This document shows, piece by piece, positions 40,141 through 55,032 of a stretch of DNA of 64,000 bases; position 1 is the first letter of the stretch; each line of letters opens with the position of its first letter. The stretch is from Octopus vulgaris (taxonomy: Eukaryota). The notes under the pieces are model-generated. The model did not search any database. It was not told the DNA's origin and saw only the letters and a list, made by a program, of their open reading frames with translations. The translations under genes and the position numbers were made by a program. The stretch lies in assembly GCA_951406725.2 (NCBI GenBank), contig OX597818.1, forward strand, positions 147,126,001 through 147,190,000, given 5' to 3'.

Positions 40141-42565
40141 AACAAAAAACTTTCGTTCTCTTTGGTGGCTTTAGCCCCTGTCTGTCTATTTACGTTCTTT
40201 AACAGGTGACTTATTTATCCCCCACTTTCATTTTTATTTACTTTTTTAAACACCCTAAACCGAAAGATTATCACATTCTATGATAAAATAAAGAGAAAAT
40301 GAAACGAGATGGGGAAAACACGAGACGAACGAAATAGCAGGAAGGAAAAGGAAAGAATGTGTAACAAGTGAATTGATTTTATGCTGTTTAATCCTACAGC
40401 GATGAGACATCGAATCAAAAGGCGGCTTTTCCCTTCTAATTAGACGGTCTTTTCTTTTTCTTTTTTTTGCAGACATTACATTGTCTCCTAGTTTTCTTTT
40501 TTAGGAAGGTTGGGTGTAATTTCAGTATTTAGCTGGTGTTTCGAGCATGTTTAGCGACAACGTTTGACTCCCAAAAGTTCACTCGAATGTGTTTTAGTAT
40601 CTTAAAACAATTTCGAGATTAATGAAGCTGAAGAAAGAGATGATAAAGGAAGTAGAAAAGAATGATTTAGAGGGAAAGAGAAAGACACAGTGAGAGGGAG
40701 AGAGGCTAAGAATAACGACTCAAGAAGCAGACAGAAATGGAAAGAGAGGAAGTGGAGGAAAGAAAAAGGAAACGAAATGCGGGAAGTCTGACTGGATGTT
40801 GATGAAAGGAAAATGACGAACATGGGAGAGAATGTTTGTAATAAAGAGAGAGAGAAAGGAAAAAGAGATATGGGAGAAGTAATATATAATAGCTGGATAG
40901 AGAGAGAGAGCAAAGGAGGAAGAATGAGAGGCATGACACATCAACAGGCTGGATTAACTCGTTTGATCTTTGTTATGAGTGTAGTCTGGGCTGTAAATTT
41001 TGATCCGTTACTGACAATCAGCTCTCGACTACATTCATTCCTATCGGTTATGAGCTTTCTTTTAACAAGTTATGACTTAGATATATTAACAAAATGAATG
41101 ACGAATAAAAAGAAATGGAGAGAAAAGGAACAGTGAAACACAAATAGAGTGAAAAAGAGAGAAAGAGCAATACAAAGAGAGATCTGCGTGAGGAGGGGAA
41201 TATGTAAATAAAGAGAAACTGAAAGGTATTTAGATGCTTGGCGGCATTTCTTCCGGTTTTACGATCTCAGTTCAAATGCCGCCGAAGTTGACTTTGCTTT
41301 TTATCCTTTCGAGGTTGATAAAATCAGTACCAGTTGAGTACTGAAGTCGAAGTAATCGACTAACCCCAAAATTTCAGGCCTTTATACCTATGGTAGAAAA
41401 GATTTATTTGGTAGTCCTTTCAATTCTCTTCTGTATGTCTGTGTGTATGTGTGCATGTGTAGAGTTAGATATCTTTTAGTCAAGAAGAAAAACAGTTCCC
41501 ACAACCTTTTCCAGGGCCTCCTTCTTAGACTGGTGGGAGGAAGAAGGAGACGGCCCAGGTGGTTGCAAGGAGTCGACTCCGCTAAAGATACCTAGGGTGC
41601 CAAGTGTTGGTTTTAAACACGGACGATCTACCTATCTGTCTATCCATCAACATAAAATATTTAATAAAGTGAGCCAAATGAGTTTAATTTAAATTCCGCC
41701 ATTTGAGAAGGGAAATAAGAAAAAATGGATAACCTTAATTTTAGTCCAGAAAGGCATGGCTGTGTGATAAGAAGTTTGCCTTGCAACCACATAATTCTGA
41801 GGGTCAGGCCCACTGCGTGACACCAGCGATGGATTAACCCTTAAACAAAATAAGTACGTGCTTAGGGCTTCAAGAGAGGAGGGGGCACTACAGAAATGCC
41901 AAAAAGAGATCACTTTAAACTTGCTAAAATAATATTTAGGATGCCTTGTCTCTCTACTAAGTATAGAAGCAGATGTGTTACATAAGATTAATTTTGAAGA
42001 TCTAATCAAAGATTTTGCAATTAAAAGAAGTAGGAAAAAATTTTCAAATATGCAAAAAGTGGAAATATTCAAGCATAAACGTTATTTTCCCTCTTACTGT
42101 TAGTTGTGTTTCATTTTGAAAAATGAAAATTCATTTTATGCTTTATCATTGTTTATATTTTGAATTACTTATATATGGGGGCACCAAAATCGTTTAAGTC
42201 CTTAGGGTTTCTATGGGCCTCAATCCGACTCTGCGTGGCACTAGGGGCCCGGAACAGGTGGTGCGTTGCCACCCACTAAAATTTTTGAAGGGTGTGAAAT
42301 CAAAATATGCACCCCTACATATTTTGCCTGGTTTAGAAGATAGTGTCTAAAAATTGATGTGCAAAAAGTTGCTTGAAGTTAGGTTTTTTTCCTCAAAACA
42401 AGAACAAAAATAAGTAAATAAAAAGTCCAGAATGTTAGCTGATGAAGCTGGTCATAAAATTCCGAAGAGAATTCTAGAAAGATATACTACTGAACTAAAG
42501 CATCATCAATATCAAAATTATGTGTGTGTATACATATATATATACATACATATATATACACACAT

Positions 42566-42679
<114 letters not shown>

Positions 42680-42724
42680 TGATAGATAGATAGATAGATA
42701 GATAGATTGATAGATAGATAGATA

Positions 42725-44236
42725 TGTTTCTTTATTAGCCACACAGGGCTGCACACAGATAGAACAAATTACAAGGTAGAGCTTTTCTTTTGAAGGTTTA
42801 AAAAAAAAAAAAAAAAAAAAGGGGAAGGGGGAGTTTCGATCAAAAGGGATCGTAAAAGGAGAGAAAGAGGACAAAAAAGGGGGTTAAAAAAAAGGGGGAG
42901 AGGAAAAAAAAAAAAAAAAAAAATTGATCAATAGGGATCGTTATCACAGAAATGTCAATATGAATTGTAAAGGGGAGGACAGGTGAGGTTTACCCGTGGA
43001 AAGAAAAGCCTACGGAAAAGACCACGGTAACCTCGGTCAATGAAGTCACATTTTATATTCCTTTTTTTTTTTTTTTTTTTTTTGCAAATAAGCAACTCTC
43101 TGTTTTCGATTTCTGGGTTCATAGGACTATGCTCAAGGTGGCTTCGTCATTCATACGTGCCATTCTTGCTACATTCACCCATCTTTTTTTAAAACATTCG
43201 CTAGACAAAACTTGCCTCTCTACTCTCACTTTCCTTTTCAAGTGGTACTTGAAGAAGTTGATGAGAGATTGACCAGAGAGGAAAGTGTTTGTCTCCAATC
43301 CTTTCAGACGCGTCCACCAGATACATTCTTTCGCCATAGCCACAAGGATGATGAAAATAGCTCTTCCTTCCCGTTTGAAGGAAGGAGGCGTGACAATATT
43401 GACGATAGACTCAGCTGATAAACCGACTCGTCCCACACGTGACAGCAGTTGTTCGACATAAGCCCACAGGTCGGAAATTGTTGGACACTGAACGAGTGCG
43501 TGCAGAACGGTTTCGTCGCTCTGACCGCATCTCGAGCAGGTCGGCCCCGTGTTTCTCGAGCCGTGTCTGTAGAGCTTATCCCGAACGGGTAGCGCCTCTC
43601 GGTAGCACTGCCAGGCCAGGGATCTCTGGAAGTTGTCCATGGGCCCTGGCCCGAAAGTCGTCCTGAACAGGCGGGTCAGGTACTCCTCGTCGACGTCCAG
43701 GTTCGCCCCGAGCTCGTCGTCGTACCTCCCCTCCACTAAACCCCTATATAATGCTTTGGTTGTGTTGAAGTCACTTAAGGTCGACCCAGGACGGCAGAGT
43801 TGCTTGAGAGCAACGCGACACTCGCGGTGCCATTCGCCCTTCCTCGGCCTCTTTTTGATCCACGACTGCAGTTCGGTCATGGAGACGAGCTGCGGGAAAG
43901 CGTGCCTCACAAACGGCGACCACACCTGTTCACCGTCGTCTACATAGAGCCAGAGATGCCGCAGTCTCAGCGCGTGTCTGCGCATCATCAACCACGGCAT
44001 GCCCAGCCCTCCTTTTAACGGGTGTTGACAGCAAATGGATCGCCTGACCATCGGGACGCATCCTTTCCACAAGAAGCGAAAGAGGATGCGTTGTAGTTTG
44101 GTGATGGTAGGGTCGGGACAAGGTACGACGGTCAGGCGGTAGTAGATGACGGACGCGATGTACGTGTTCGCCACCTCCGCTCGACCTTTTAGGGACAGTT
44201 TCCTCTCGGCCCATTGCCGGGCGAGAGTGACCACCC

Positions 44237-44237
<1 letters not shown>
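42725..44237 (-). mobile_element. Tx1-clade element copy 1, 5'-truncated (~1.5 kb)
   Basis: ORF2 C-terminus plus 3'UTR ending AATAAAGAAACA directly into (TATC)n. 5' end joined to (TATC)n. Confidence 0.95.
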
Positions 44238-44293
<56 letters not shown>

Positions 44294-44306
44294 TGATAGA
44301 TAGATA

Positions 44307-45634
44307 TGTGTCTTTATTAGCCACACAGGGCTGCACACAGATAGAACAAATTACAAGGTAGAGCTTTTCTTTTGAAGGTTTAAAAAAAAAAAAAAAAAAA
44401 AAAAGGAAGGGGAGTTTCGATCAAAAGGGATCGTAAAAGGAGAGAAAGAGGACAAAAAAAGGGGGGTTAAAAAAAGGGAGAGAGGAAAAAAAATTGATCA
44501 ATAGGGATCGTTATCACAGAAATGTCAATATGAAGTGTAAAGGGGAGGACAGGTGAGGTTTACCCGTGGAAAGAAAAGCCTACGGAAAAGACCACGGTAA
44601 CCTCGGTCAATGAAGTCACATTTTATATTTCTTTTTTTTTTTTTTGCAAATAAGCAACTCTCTGTTTTCGATTTCTGGGTTCATAGGACTATGCTCAAGG
44701 TGGCTTCGTCATTCATACGTGCCATTCTTGCTACATTCACCCATCTTTTTTTAAAACATTCGCTAGACAAAACTTGCCTCTCTACTCTCACTTTCCTTTT
44801 CAAGTGGTACTTGAAGAAGTTGATGAGAGATTGACCAGAGAGGAAAGTGTTTGTCTCCAATCCTTTCAGACGCGTCCACCAGATACATTCTTTCGCCATA
44901 GCCACAAGGATGATGAAAATAGCTCTTCCTTCCCGTTTGAAGGAAGGAGGCGTGACAATATTGACGATAGACTCAGCTGATAAACCGACTCGTCCCACAC
45001 GTGACAGCAGTTGTTCGACATAAGCCCACAGGTCGGAAATTGTTGGACACTGAACGAGTGCGTGCAGAACGGTTTCGTCGCTCTGACCGCATCTCGGGCA
45101 GGTCGGCCCCGTGTTTCTCGAGCCGTGTCTGTAGAGCTTATCCCGAACGGGTAGCGCTTCTCGGTAGCACTGCCAGGCCAGGGATCTCTGGAAGTTGTCC
45201 ATGGGCCCTGGCCCGAAAGTCGTCCTGAACAGGCGGGTCAGGTACTCCTCGTCGACGTCCAGGTTCGCCCCGAGCTCGTCGTCGTACCTCCCCTCCACTA
45301 AACCCCTATAGAATGCTTTGGTTGTGTTGAAGTCACTTAAGGTCGACCCAGGACGGCAGAGTTGCTTGAGAGCAACGCGACACTCGCGGTGCCATTCGCC
45401 CTTCCTCGGCCTCTTTTTGATCCACGACTGCAGTTCGGTCATGGAGACGAGCTGCGGGAAAGCGTGCCTCACAAACGGCGACCACACCTGTTCACCGTCG
45501 TCTACATAGAGCCAGAGATGCCGCAGTCTCAGCGCGTGTCTGCGCATCATCAACCACGGCATGCCCAGCCCTCCTTTTAACGGGTGTTGACAGCAAATGG
45601 ATCGCCTGACCATCGGGACGCATCCTTTCCACAA
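44307..45634 (-). mobile_element. Tx1-clade element copy 2, 5'-truncated (~1.3 kb)
   Basis: Near-identical to copy 1 with a different 5' breakpoint. Flanked by (GATA)n. Confidence 0.95.
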
Positions 45635-45704
45635 TAGATAGATAGATAGATAGATTGATAGATAGATAGATAGATTGATAGATAGATAGATAGATAGATA
45701 GATT

Positions 45705-45763
<59 letters not shown>

Positions 45764-45764
45764 T

Positions 45765-45799
<35 letters not shown>

Positions 45800-45812
45800 T
45801 GATAGATAGATT

Positions 45813-45847
<35 letters not shown>

Positions 45848-45872
45848 TGATAGATAGATAGATAGATAGATA

Positions 45873-46966
45873 TGTTTCTTTATTAGCCACACAGGGCTGC
45901 ACACAGATAGAACAAATTACAAGGTAGAGCTTTTCTTTTGAAGGTTTAAAAAAAAAAAAAAAAGGAAAGGGGAGTTTCGATCAAAAGGGATCGTAAAAGG
46001 AGAGAAAGAGGACAAAAAAAGGGGGAGAGGAAAAAAAAATTGATCAATAGGGATCGTTATCACAGAAATGTCAATATGAAGTGTAAAGGGGAGGACAGGT
46101 GAGGTTTACCCGTGGAAAGAAAAGCCTACGGAAAAGACCACGGTAACCTCGGTCAATGAAGTCACATTTTATATTTCTTTTTTTTTTTTTTTTTTTTGCA
46201 AATAAGCAAATCTCTGTTTTCAATTTCTGGGTTCATAGGATTATGCTCAAGGTGGCTTCGTCATTCATACGTGCCATTCTTGCTACATTCACCCATCTTT
46301 TTTTAAAACATTCGCTAGACAAAACTTGCCTCTCTACTCTCACTTTCTTTTTCAAGTGGTACTTGAAGAAGTTGATGAGAGATTGACCAGAGAGGAAAGT
46401 GTTTGTCTCCAATCCTTTCAGACGCGTCCACCAGATACATTCTTTCGCCATAGCCACAAGGATGATGAAAATAGCTCTTCCTTCCCGTTTGAAGGAAGGA
46501 GGCGTGACAATATTGACGATAGACTCAGCTGATAAACCGACTCGTCCCACACGTGACAGCAGTTGTTCGACATAAGCCCACAGGTCGGAAATTGTTGGAC
46601 ACTGAACGGGTGCGTGCAGAACGGTTTCGTCGCTCTGACCGCATCTCGGGCAGGTCGACCCCGTGTTTCTCGAGCCGTGTCTGTAGAGCTTATCCCGAAC
46701 GGGTAGCGCTTCTCGGTAGCACTGCCAGGCCAGGGATCTCTGGAAGTTGTCCATGGGCCCTGGCCCGAAAGTCGTCCTGAACAGGCGGGTCAGGTACTCC
46801 TCGTCGATGTCCAGGTTCGCCCCGAGCTCGTCGTCGTACCTCCCCTCCACTAAACCCCTATAGAATGCTTTGGTTGTGTTGAAGTCACTTAAGGTCGACC
46901 CAGGACGGCAGAGTTGCTTGAGAGCAACGCGACACTCGCGGTGCCATTCGCCCTTCCTCGGCCTCT
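45873..46966 (-). mobile_element. Tx1-clade element copy 3, 5'-truncated (~1.1 kb)
   Basis: Same family and (GATA)n flanks, third breakpoint. Confidence 0.95.
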
Positions 46967-46999
46967 AGATTGATAGATAGATAGATAGATAGATAGATA

Positions 47000-47566
47000 T
47001 GTTTCTTTATTAGCCACACAGGGCTGCACACAGATAGAACAAATTACAAGGTAGAGCTTTTCTTTTGAAGGTTTAAAAGAATAAAAATAATAATAATAAT
47101 AATAAAATAAAAAATAAAATAAAATAAAAAAGGGGGGGTCGATCAAAAGGGATCGTAAAAGGAGAGAAAGAGGACAAAAAAAGGGGGGTTAAAAAAAAAA
47201 GGGGGAGGAAAAAAATTGATCAATAGGGATCGTTATCACAGAAATGTCAATATGAAGTGTAAAGGGGAGGACAGGTGAGGTTTACCCGTGGAAAGAAAAG
47301 CCTACGGAAAAGACCACGGTAACCTCGGTCAATGAAGTCACATGTTATATTTCATTTTTTTTTTTTTTTTCAAATAAGCAACTCTCTGTATTAATTTTTA
47401 CGTTTCATAGAATCATAGTCAAGGTGGCTTCGTCATTCATACGTGCCATCCTTGCTACATTCACCCATCTTTTTTTAAAACATTCACTAGACAAAACTTG
47501 CCTCTCTACTCTCACTTTCCTCTTCAAGTGATACTTGAAGAAGTTGATGAGAGATTGACCAGAGAG

Positions 47567-47571
<5 letters not shown>
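47000..47571 (-). mobile_element. Tx1-clade element copy 4, 5'-truncated (~0.57 kb)
   Basis: ORF2 end (ATLTMIL variant) plus 3'UTR, flanked by (GATA)n. Confidence 0.95.
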
Positions 47572-47630
<59 letters not shown>

Positions 47631-47631
<1 letters not shown>

Positions 47632-47994
47632 GTTTCTTTATTGGCCACACAGGGCTGCACACAGATGGGACAAGTTACAAGGTAGAGCTTTTCTTTTGGG
47701 GGATAAAGAGAACAAAAAACAAAAGAAAAAAAAAGGGGTGGCGTAGGTTTTCGATCAAGAGGGATCGTAAAAGGGAAGAAAAGAACAAAAAAAAATTTGA
47801 ATAAAATAAAAGGAATAAAAGAAAAAAAAGAAAAGGAAAAGGAACAAAAGAAAACAGAAACGAAAAAAGAAGAAAAAAGGGGAAAAAAGGGGAAGAGGAA
47901 AAAAAACGATCAATAGGGATCGTGTATCACAGTCTTATGATATATGGTGTAAAGGGGAAAGCAAGTAAGGTTTATCCGTGGGAAGAAAAGCCTA
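47631..47994 (-). mobile_element. Tx1-clade element copy 5, 3'UTR only, divergent subfamily (~0.36 kb)
   Basis: Variant 3'UTR (ttggccacacagggctgcacacagatgggacaag), flanked by (GATA)n. Confidence 0.9.
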
Positions 47995-48111
<117 letters not shown>

Positions 48112-48127
48112 GGATGGATAGATAGAT

Positions 48128-48176
<49 letters not shown>

Positions 48177-48197
48177 GTAGGTAGGTAGGTAGGTAGG

Positions 48198-48254
<57 letters not shown>

Positions 48255-48285
48255 GATAGATTGATGGATGGATGGATAGATAGAT

Positions 48286-48328
<43 letters not shown>

Positions 48329-48355
48329 GATAGATAGATAGATAGATGATAGATA

Positions 48356-49081
<726 letters not shown>

Positions 49082-49381
49082 CTTTCTTTTATTAGCCACA
49101 CCGGGCTGAATACAGAGGGGACAAATACAAATGCAGAGCTTTTCTTTTCGAGGGCGGAAAAAAATAAAAAATGTAAGATTGCGATCAAAAGTGATCGAGA
49201 GGAGGAAAAAAAGGAAAAAAAGGAAATCGTGTATCACAGAAATAATGATGTAAACATTGATATAACAAGATTGGGTTCATCCGTGGGAAGAAAAGCCTAC
49301 AGAAAAGACCACGGGAACCCCAGTCAGGGAGGAAATAACCACATGAGATCAAAAATGCTCTCTTTCTTTCTTTTTTACGAT

Positions 49382-52300
49382 CTACAGGATCATGCTTAAA
49401 ATGGTTTCGTTACTAGCACGCACCATCTTTGCAACATTCACCCATCTTTTTTGAATCTTTCGCGAGACAAAACTTCCCTCTCCATTCTCACCTTCCTTTT
49501 CAAGTGGTACTTGAAAAAGTTGATGAGCGATTGGCCAGAGAGGTAAGTGTTTGTCTCTAATCCTTTCGCTCGAGTCCACCACACACATTCTTTCACCATG
49601 GCCACCAGTACGATGAAAACTGCCTTGCCTTCCCGGTTGAGGGAAGGGGGCGGAGCAATTCTTACGATAGACTCGGCCGATAGGCGGATTCGTCCCACAC
49701 GTGACAGCAGCCGTTCGGCATAAGCCCACAGGTCGGAAATGGTTGGACATTGCACGAGTGCGTGCAGAACGGTTTCGTCGCTCTGGCCGCATCTCGGGCA
49801 AGTCGGTCCAGTGTGTCTGGAACCGTGTCTGTAGAGCTTATCCCGAACAGGTAATGCTTCTCGATAGCACTGCCAGGCCAGGGATCTTTGGTGATTGTTC
49901 ATAGGTCCCGGCCCGAAAGTTGTCCTGAACAGGCGGGTCAGGTGTTCCTCGTCGACGCCCAGACTCTGCCCGAGTTCGTCGTCGCACCTCCCCTCCACTA
50001 ATCCTCTATAGAATGCCTTTGTTGTGATGGAGTCGCACAAGTTCGATCCCGGACGGCAGAGTTGCTTGAGAGCAACGCGACACTCACGGTGCCATTCGCC
50101 TAGCCTCGGTCTCTGCTTGATCCATGACTGTAGTTCGTCCAAGGAGACGAGCTGCGGGAAAGCGCGCCGCACAAAAGGCGACCACCCCTGTTCACCGTTG
50201 TCTATGAAGCGCCGGAGATGTCGCAGTCTCAGCGCATGTCTGCGCATCATCAACCACGGCATGCCCAGCCCTCCATTTAGCGGGTGTTGGCAGCAAATGG
50301 ATCGCCTAACCATCGGAACGTTTCCCTTCCACAAGAAGCGGAAGAGTATGCGTTCCAGTTTGGTGATGGTAGGGTCGGGACAAGGCACGACGGTCAGACG
50401 ATACTCGATGACGGATGCGATGTACGCGTTCGCCACCTCCGCCCGACCTTTTAGGGATAGCTTTCTCTCAGTCCATTTCTGGGTGAGAGTAGCCACCCTA
50501 GTCGTTATCTCGCCCCAGTTCTTCTCCATTTGGAGGTCCGGACCGAACCAGACCCCGAGCAATTTAACCGGTCCGTCCGTCCAGCGTCCCACGATGGAGA
50601 CGCTGTTGGACGGCATGGGCTTGCTTCTCCAGGTGCCGAGCCGCAAGCCCACTGACTTTTCCCGGTTAATTTTTGCTCCCGTTACCGCTTCGTATTCTTT
50701 CAGTGTCTCGCCGACCAGCTCGATGTGCTCGTAGCTCGACACTATGACGGTGACGTCATCCGCGTATGCAGACACGCTCCTCCCGCATCCCAGCTCTCGT
50801 GGGATGCCCCTCAGCGTCGCCAGTTTCCGCAGTAGTGGCTCAAGAGTCAGTACATACAGCAGCGATGAGAGGGGGCATCCCTGACGAACCGAACGCATGA
50901 TGTTAAAAGGTCTGGATAGATGACCATTTACGCGAACTACTGAGCGGATGCCGCTGTATAAGGCAGCGATCCAACCGCGGAAAACTGGACCGAAACCAGC
51001 CGCTTTGAGGACAGCCTCCAAGTAGTGATGGTCTACCCTATCGAAGGCTTTTGATTGATCCAAATTGATCAGCGCCCCACCCATGCCAGGATTCTTAACT
51101 ACCCTGTCTATGATGTAGCGCATCAGATGGAGGTTGTCATGAATACTTCTACCCGGCACGGCGCATGTTTGCGCCTTGTCGATTAGTTTCTTGATGACAA
51201 GCGCCAACCTCTCGGCTAACACCTTGGCCAAAATTTTCAAATCTGCGTTGAGCAGAGTGATGGGCCTGAAATTATCTATGACGTCCCCCTTGTTTGGGTC
51301 TTTCTTGATCAGTGCCACTGCTCCTCGCTTTACAAAAGCAGGAATACTCCCGTTCTGCTGCCAGTTGCAGGAGACAGCTGCCAAGACGCCTCCAAACAAG
51401 TCTGGCATATGAAAATAAAATTCGTAGGGCAGACCATCCAAGCCTGGTGACTTGTCTCTCGCGCAGCCTACCATCGCATCCTGTACGTCCGCAGCTGTGA
51501 TAGGCTTTTCACAAGACTCTACCTCCCTTGCTGAGAGTCGTGGCAAGGCATGCAGGTAGGCACTAAAGTCCACTCTGCTTTCTGACTCACCACTTGTCCC
51601 AAACAGTTGGGTGAAGTGTTGTTGAAAAACCCCACACATCCTTTTAGGCTCGAGCAATTCGCGCCCCTGTTCATCTATAAGAGACTTGATGGTGGCTCTG
51701 TTGCCTCGTTGCGTCTCCACCACTCGGGCCTCTTGGGCGGCTCCAACTCCTTCGTTCCTCAGAGCACGCATCCTAGCTCTGACAACGCATCCCTCGTGTT
51801 TGGCGTTGAGGTGTTGGTCGAGGGCCAATCTCGCCGCCAGTACGTTGGACGCGATGCCAGTTCTAAGTGCCTCTTCTAAAACCTTAACTAAATCTCCCTC
51901 TATTCTATTTCGGTCTAATGCTAGGGCTCTACTGTATCTGACTGATTCTGCTTTAATCGCTTTTTTTAGGGCATACCACCATCTGTTGTTGATGATGGTA
52001 CCCGTCAAAGCTCTCTTAACTAATGTGCTGATCCGGTCCCTGTAAACCTGTCGTGCTGTAAAAGACGCGTTCAGTTTCCAGTAACCAGGACCCTGCCTAT
52101 GTGTCTTATCTAAGTCAAGTGTACAAGTCACAAACTTGTGATCTGTGTAACTGACTATATGAAATTATGGACAACCTACACTATTTTTATCTATTGTCCT
52201 ACAGAATACTCTATCTAAGTATGATCTGGACGACCCGATGCGGTTACTCCATGTCCACATTGGCACATTCGGGTGGTCCAGTCGGTACCTGTCAGACAGT

Positions 52301-52818
52301 TGGAAACGTCTGAGCAGGTCTTTGAGGCATTTGCATCCCCTTCTATTGCTATCTCTGCCCACGTAGTCTAGATGCGTGTCCAGGGTGGCATTCCAATCCC
52401 CCACTAAAAGTAAAGGACGAGACGTTCCCATGAAAGACTCTAGACGTCGAAAGAAATCTGGTCGGCCTGTTAAGGACGGAGCATAAACTGCTATCAGTCG
52501 AAAAGCACACTCATTGCTGCCATCGACATCTAAAACGACCAGCCTACCCTCCGGGTCTAGGAAATTTGCTCTTACTTTGAGATCCAGACTCTTCCGGATA
52601 AGCACCGCGGTGCCACCTCCGCCCATTCTCGGTAGACACGGAGAAAAATAAATGTTGAAATGTGTACCGAAAATGTGCTGGAGTGCCCGCAAGCTGTGGA
52701 GTCTGGTCTCACTGATGGCTATGATATTCAGATTTAGTGACTTGATGTCATTTAACAGGTAGCCTTGTTTCCAAGGCGACCCCAAGCCACGTACATTTAT
52801 ACTACCTATTCTGAGCAT
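49382..52818 (-). pseudogene. ORF2: AP endonuclease, reverse transcriptase and C-terminal zinc finger, with one in-frame stop and one terminal frameshift
   Basis: APE motifs SINVRGL, ISETR, VYAP, GDWN, YLDR, TDH, followed by GYWKLN. RT motifs FRPITLLN, DQSKAFD, RQGCPLS, YADD. Zinc finger CPRCGQSDETVLHALVQC. TAA at 52167-52165 is in frame with both halves. One-base loss in an A-run near 49450. Confidence 0.92.
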
Positions 52819-52860
52819 GTTCCGATAAAAGTGCAAAAAAGGAAAAGGAGAGAGAAAAGG

Positions 52861-55032
52861 TTACTTGTTTTTCGAAAGTTCTTTGTCTTTCACCTCACGG
52901 TCTTCTTCTATGAGGCTTTTATACAGTTTTTTCGATGAGTACTTTTGAAATCTCCCTACTGCATCAGGGTAAAGAGATTTCAGGGTGCTGTATGTGTTCT
53001 GTGTCACGTGTATTATTTTAATGTGTTGTGGTGGTGTTGTGTGTGGGTGGTTACTTGTTTTTATGTCGTTTTCAGTAATGTTAGTGTTTGACCTAATGTG
53101 TTCCATTAGGTCGTGGTTGTTTGTGTTTATGGCTGTCAACATTTTTGGGGGGTTTGATGATGGTGTGTTTGTGTTGATGTGTGTGTTTTCTGTGGATGTT
53201 TTTGTTTCGGGAGTGGTGTATCTTCCCGCTTTGTTTGTTATTTTTTCTTTTCTTTTTTTTTCCCTTTTTCTTCTCCCCCCTGTGGCTATTTGCCAATCTT
53301 CCGTGTCTTCTTCGTCTAATGACAGATCAGACGAATCGGAGTCTGGAAGAGGGAAAGTATTGGGGTCTATTGTCGACTGTGTTGGTTTTGTTGTTGGTGT
53401 TGGTTGGTGAGCGTTTGGTTGTGGTGTATGCGGTTTTGGATGTGGGGTTTGGGTATTTTGTGTTTGAGTGATTGTGGGTATTGTTGTGTTGTTTAGGGTC
53501 TCAATTTTGTGGGGATTTGGAGTTGTAATTGTTTCTTCATTTTTGCTGGGTGTCTTTTTGGCAGATGTCCTTGGTTTGGGAGTTGGTATATTCTTGGTTG
53601 TTGTTGTTGGTGATGCTGCTTCTGTTCTTGGTGCTGCAGTTGGTGTGGTTGTTTGTTTGGTGAGGTTTGTTCCTGCAAAAAGTGGTGTGGGTAGTAAACC
53701 TTGTTTATTTGTTTTTGTTTCCGGCTGCTGTTGTTGTTGCTGTTGTTTTCTTGCGGCAAATTTGCAGTCTTTTTTTAGGTGTTGCTCACTGCCGCATATG
53801 TAGCAACGTGGTCTTCTGCCATCGACGACCACATATAACTTGTGGTCGTCTGATACACATATCTGGGTGGGTATTTTTTTTATATCTTCATGATGTATAT
53901 GTAGAAGAAATTCTACTTTTTTTCCCACCCAGTTTTTATGCTCTGTGACTGTGGTTTCCAAAATAGTATAATTCGCCATTTTTACGCATAAGGCCTTTAC
54001 AAGCCATAGACTATTGGTTATTTTGGGGACATTGTTTAGAGTGATCTTAGTCACTTTCTGTCCCCGATAGCTTGGTGTAAGTTGGAGTTCATCTGAGTGA
54101 AGAGTTAGCGTTGAGAAATGTCTAGCTAACTCTTCGGTGTAGAAAACAACTTGTATGTGGGCAAATTTGTTCCACCAGGTTACATATTCTTTGTGATCCC
54201 AGATGGGTTTCAAGCACTTCTCTATTTTGCTTGTGTTGGCCTTCTCTGGGATTTTTGTTTTTTTGTTAACTATTTTATAAATGATTGTTCGTCTTTTTTC
54301 ATTTTCCAAAATGTCTTCTGGTATGTTTATTTTTACTATACCTTCTGATTCTGTTATTTTGATGTTCGTGTCCTGTATTTGTTGAGCCGTAAAGTATATT
54401 GTTGTTTTTTTTTCTTTAATCGCCTCAGCGAAATTTGTTGTTGTTTTGTTATTGTTGTTGCTTGTGGTGATGTTGTTGTTGGCTGCAGTTTGTAAAATTG
54501 GTGTGTTTGGTTCGATTGTGCAAGTAGGAAGGGGTGGAAAATTGCCTGCGTACTTTAGTCCTGCACTAGGGCAAATTTCGACATTTCGTTTGCTTGTCGT
54601 CGTTATTTTTTCACTTGTTGGTGATGGAGTGAGCAGTGGTTGAAGGGAATTGTTGTTGTCGTCGTCGTTGTTGTTGTTGTTGTTGTTGTTGTTGTTATTG
54701 TCGTTCTTGGTGACGGCGGTGGTGTTAGTAGTATTAGTAGCATTGACGGCACGGTCTTTGGTGGCGGTGATGGTGATGTTGGTATTGTTATTGGTGGCGA
54801 TATCTTTAGTAGGGATAGCAGTTTTAGTAGTAGATTCTGCCATGGTGTTGGTGGTGGTGGTGGACTCACTGATGGTGTTGACGGTGCTTGGCCTTGCGAC
54901 CTTTGTTTTGTATTTGTTGCTGTTGATGGTGGTGGAGTTGTCAGGTTCGGCGTATGCTAACAGAGCATCCTGTTTTTCTGTTTCTGCGTCACGCTTGACT
55001 TGCACCTCAGCCTCGTGGTGGCCAGTGGCCAT
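52861..55032 (-). CDS. ORF1 (gag-like) with CCHC zinc knuckle, about 723 aa
   Basis: Open frame from ATG 55032 (MATGHHEAE...). CYICGSEQHLKKDC knuckle between T/N/P-rich low-complexity regions. Confidence 0.85.
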   Translation of the reverse strand: MATGHHEAEVQVKRDAETEKQDALLAYAEPDNSTTINSNKYKTKVARPSTVNTISESTTTTNTMAESTTKTAIPTKDIATNNNTNITITATKDRAVNATNTTNTTAVTKNDNNNNNNNNNNNDDDNNNSLQPLLTPSPTSEKITTTSKRNVEICPSAGLKYAGNFPPLPTCTIEPNTPILQTAANNNITTSNNNNKTTTNFAEAIKEKKTTIYFTAQQIQDTNIKITESEGIVKINIPEDILENEKRRTIIYKIVNKKTKIPEKANTSKIEKCLKPIWDHKEYVTWWNKFAHIQVVFYTEELARHFSTLTLHSDELQLTPSYRGQKVTKITLNNVPKITNSLWLVKALCVKMANYTILETTVTEHKNWVGKKVEFLLHIHHEDIKKIPTQICVSDDHKLYVVVDGRRPRCYICGSEQHLKKDCKFAARKQQQQQQQPETKTNKQGLLPTPLFAGTNLTKQTTTPTAAPRTEAASPTTTTKNIPTPKPRTSAKKTPSKNEETITTPNPHKIETLNNTTIPTITQTQNTQTPHPKPHTPQPNAHQPTPTTKPTQSTIDPNTFPLPDSDSSDLSLDEEDTEDWQIATGGRRKREKKRKEKITNKAGRYTTPETKTSTENTHINTNTPSSNPPKMLTAINTNNHDLMEHIRSNTNITENDIKTSNHPHTTPPQHIKIIHVTQNTYSTLKSLYPDAVGRFQKYSSKKLYKSLIEEDREVKDKELSKNK

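Noticed and set aside
43119-45904. 405-aa and 407-aa ORFs beginning with YLSI repeats
   Set aside because: The (TATC)n strand has no stop codons, so it fuses by chance in frame to truncated ORF2 ends. These are not genes.
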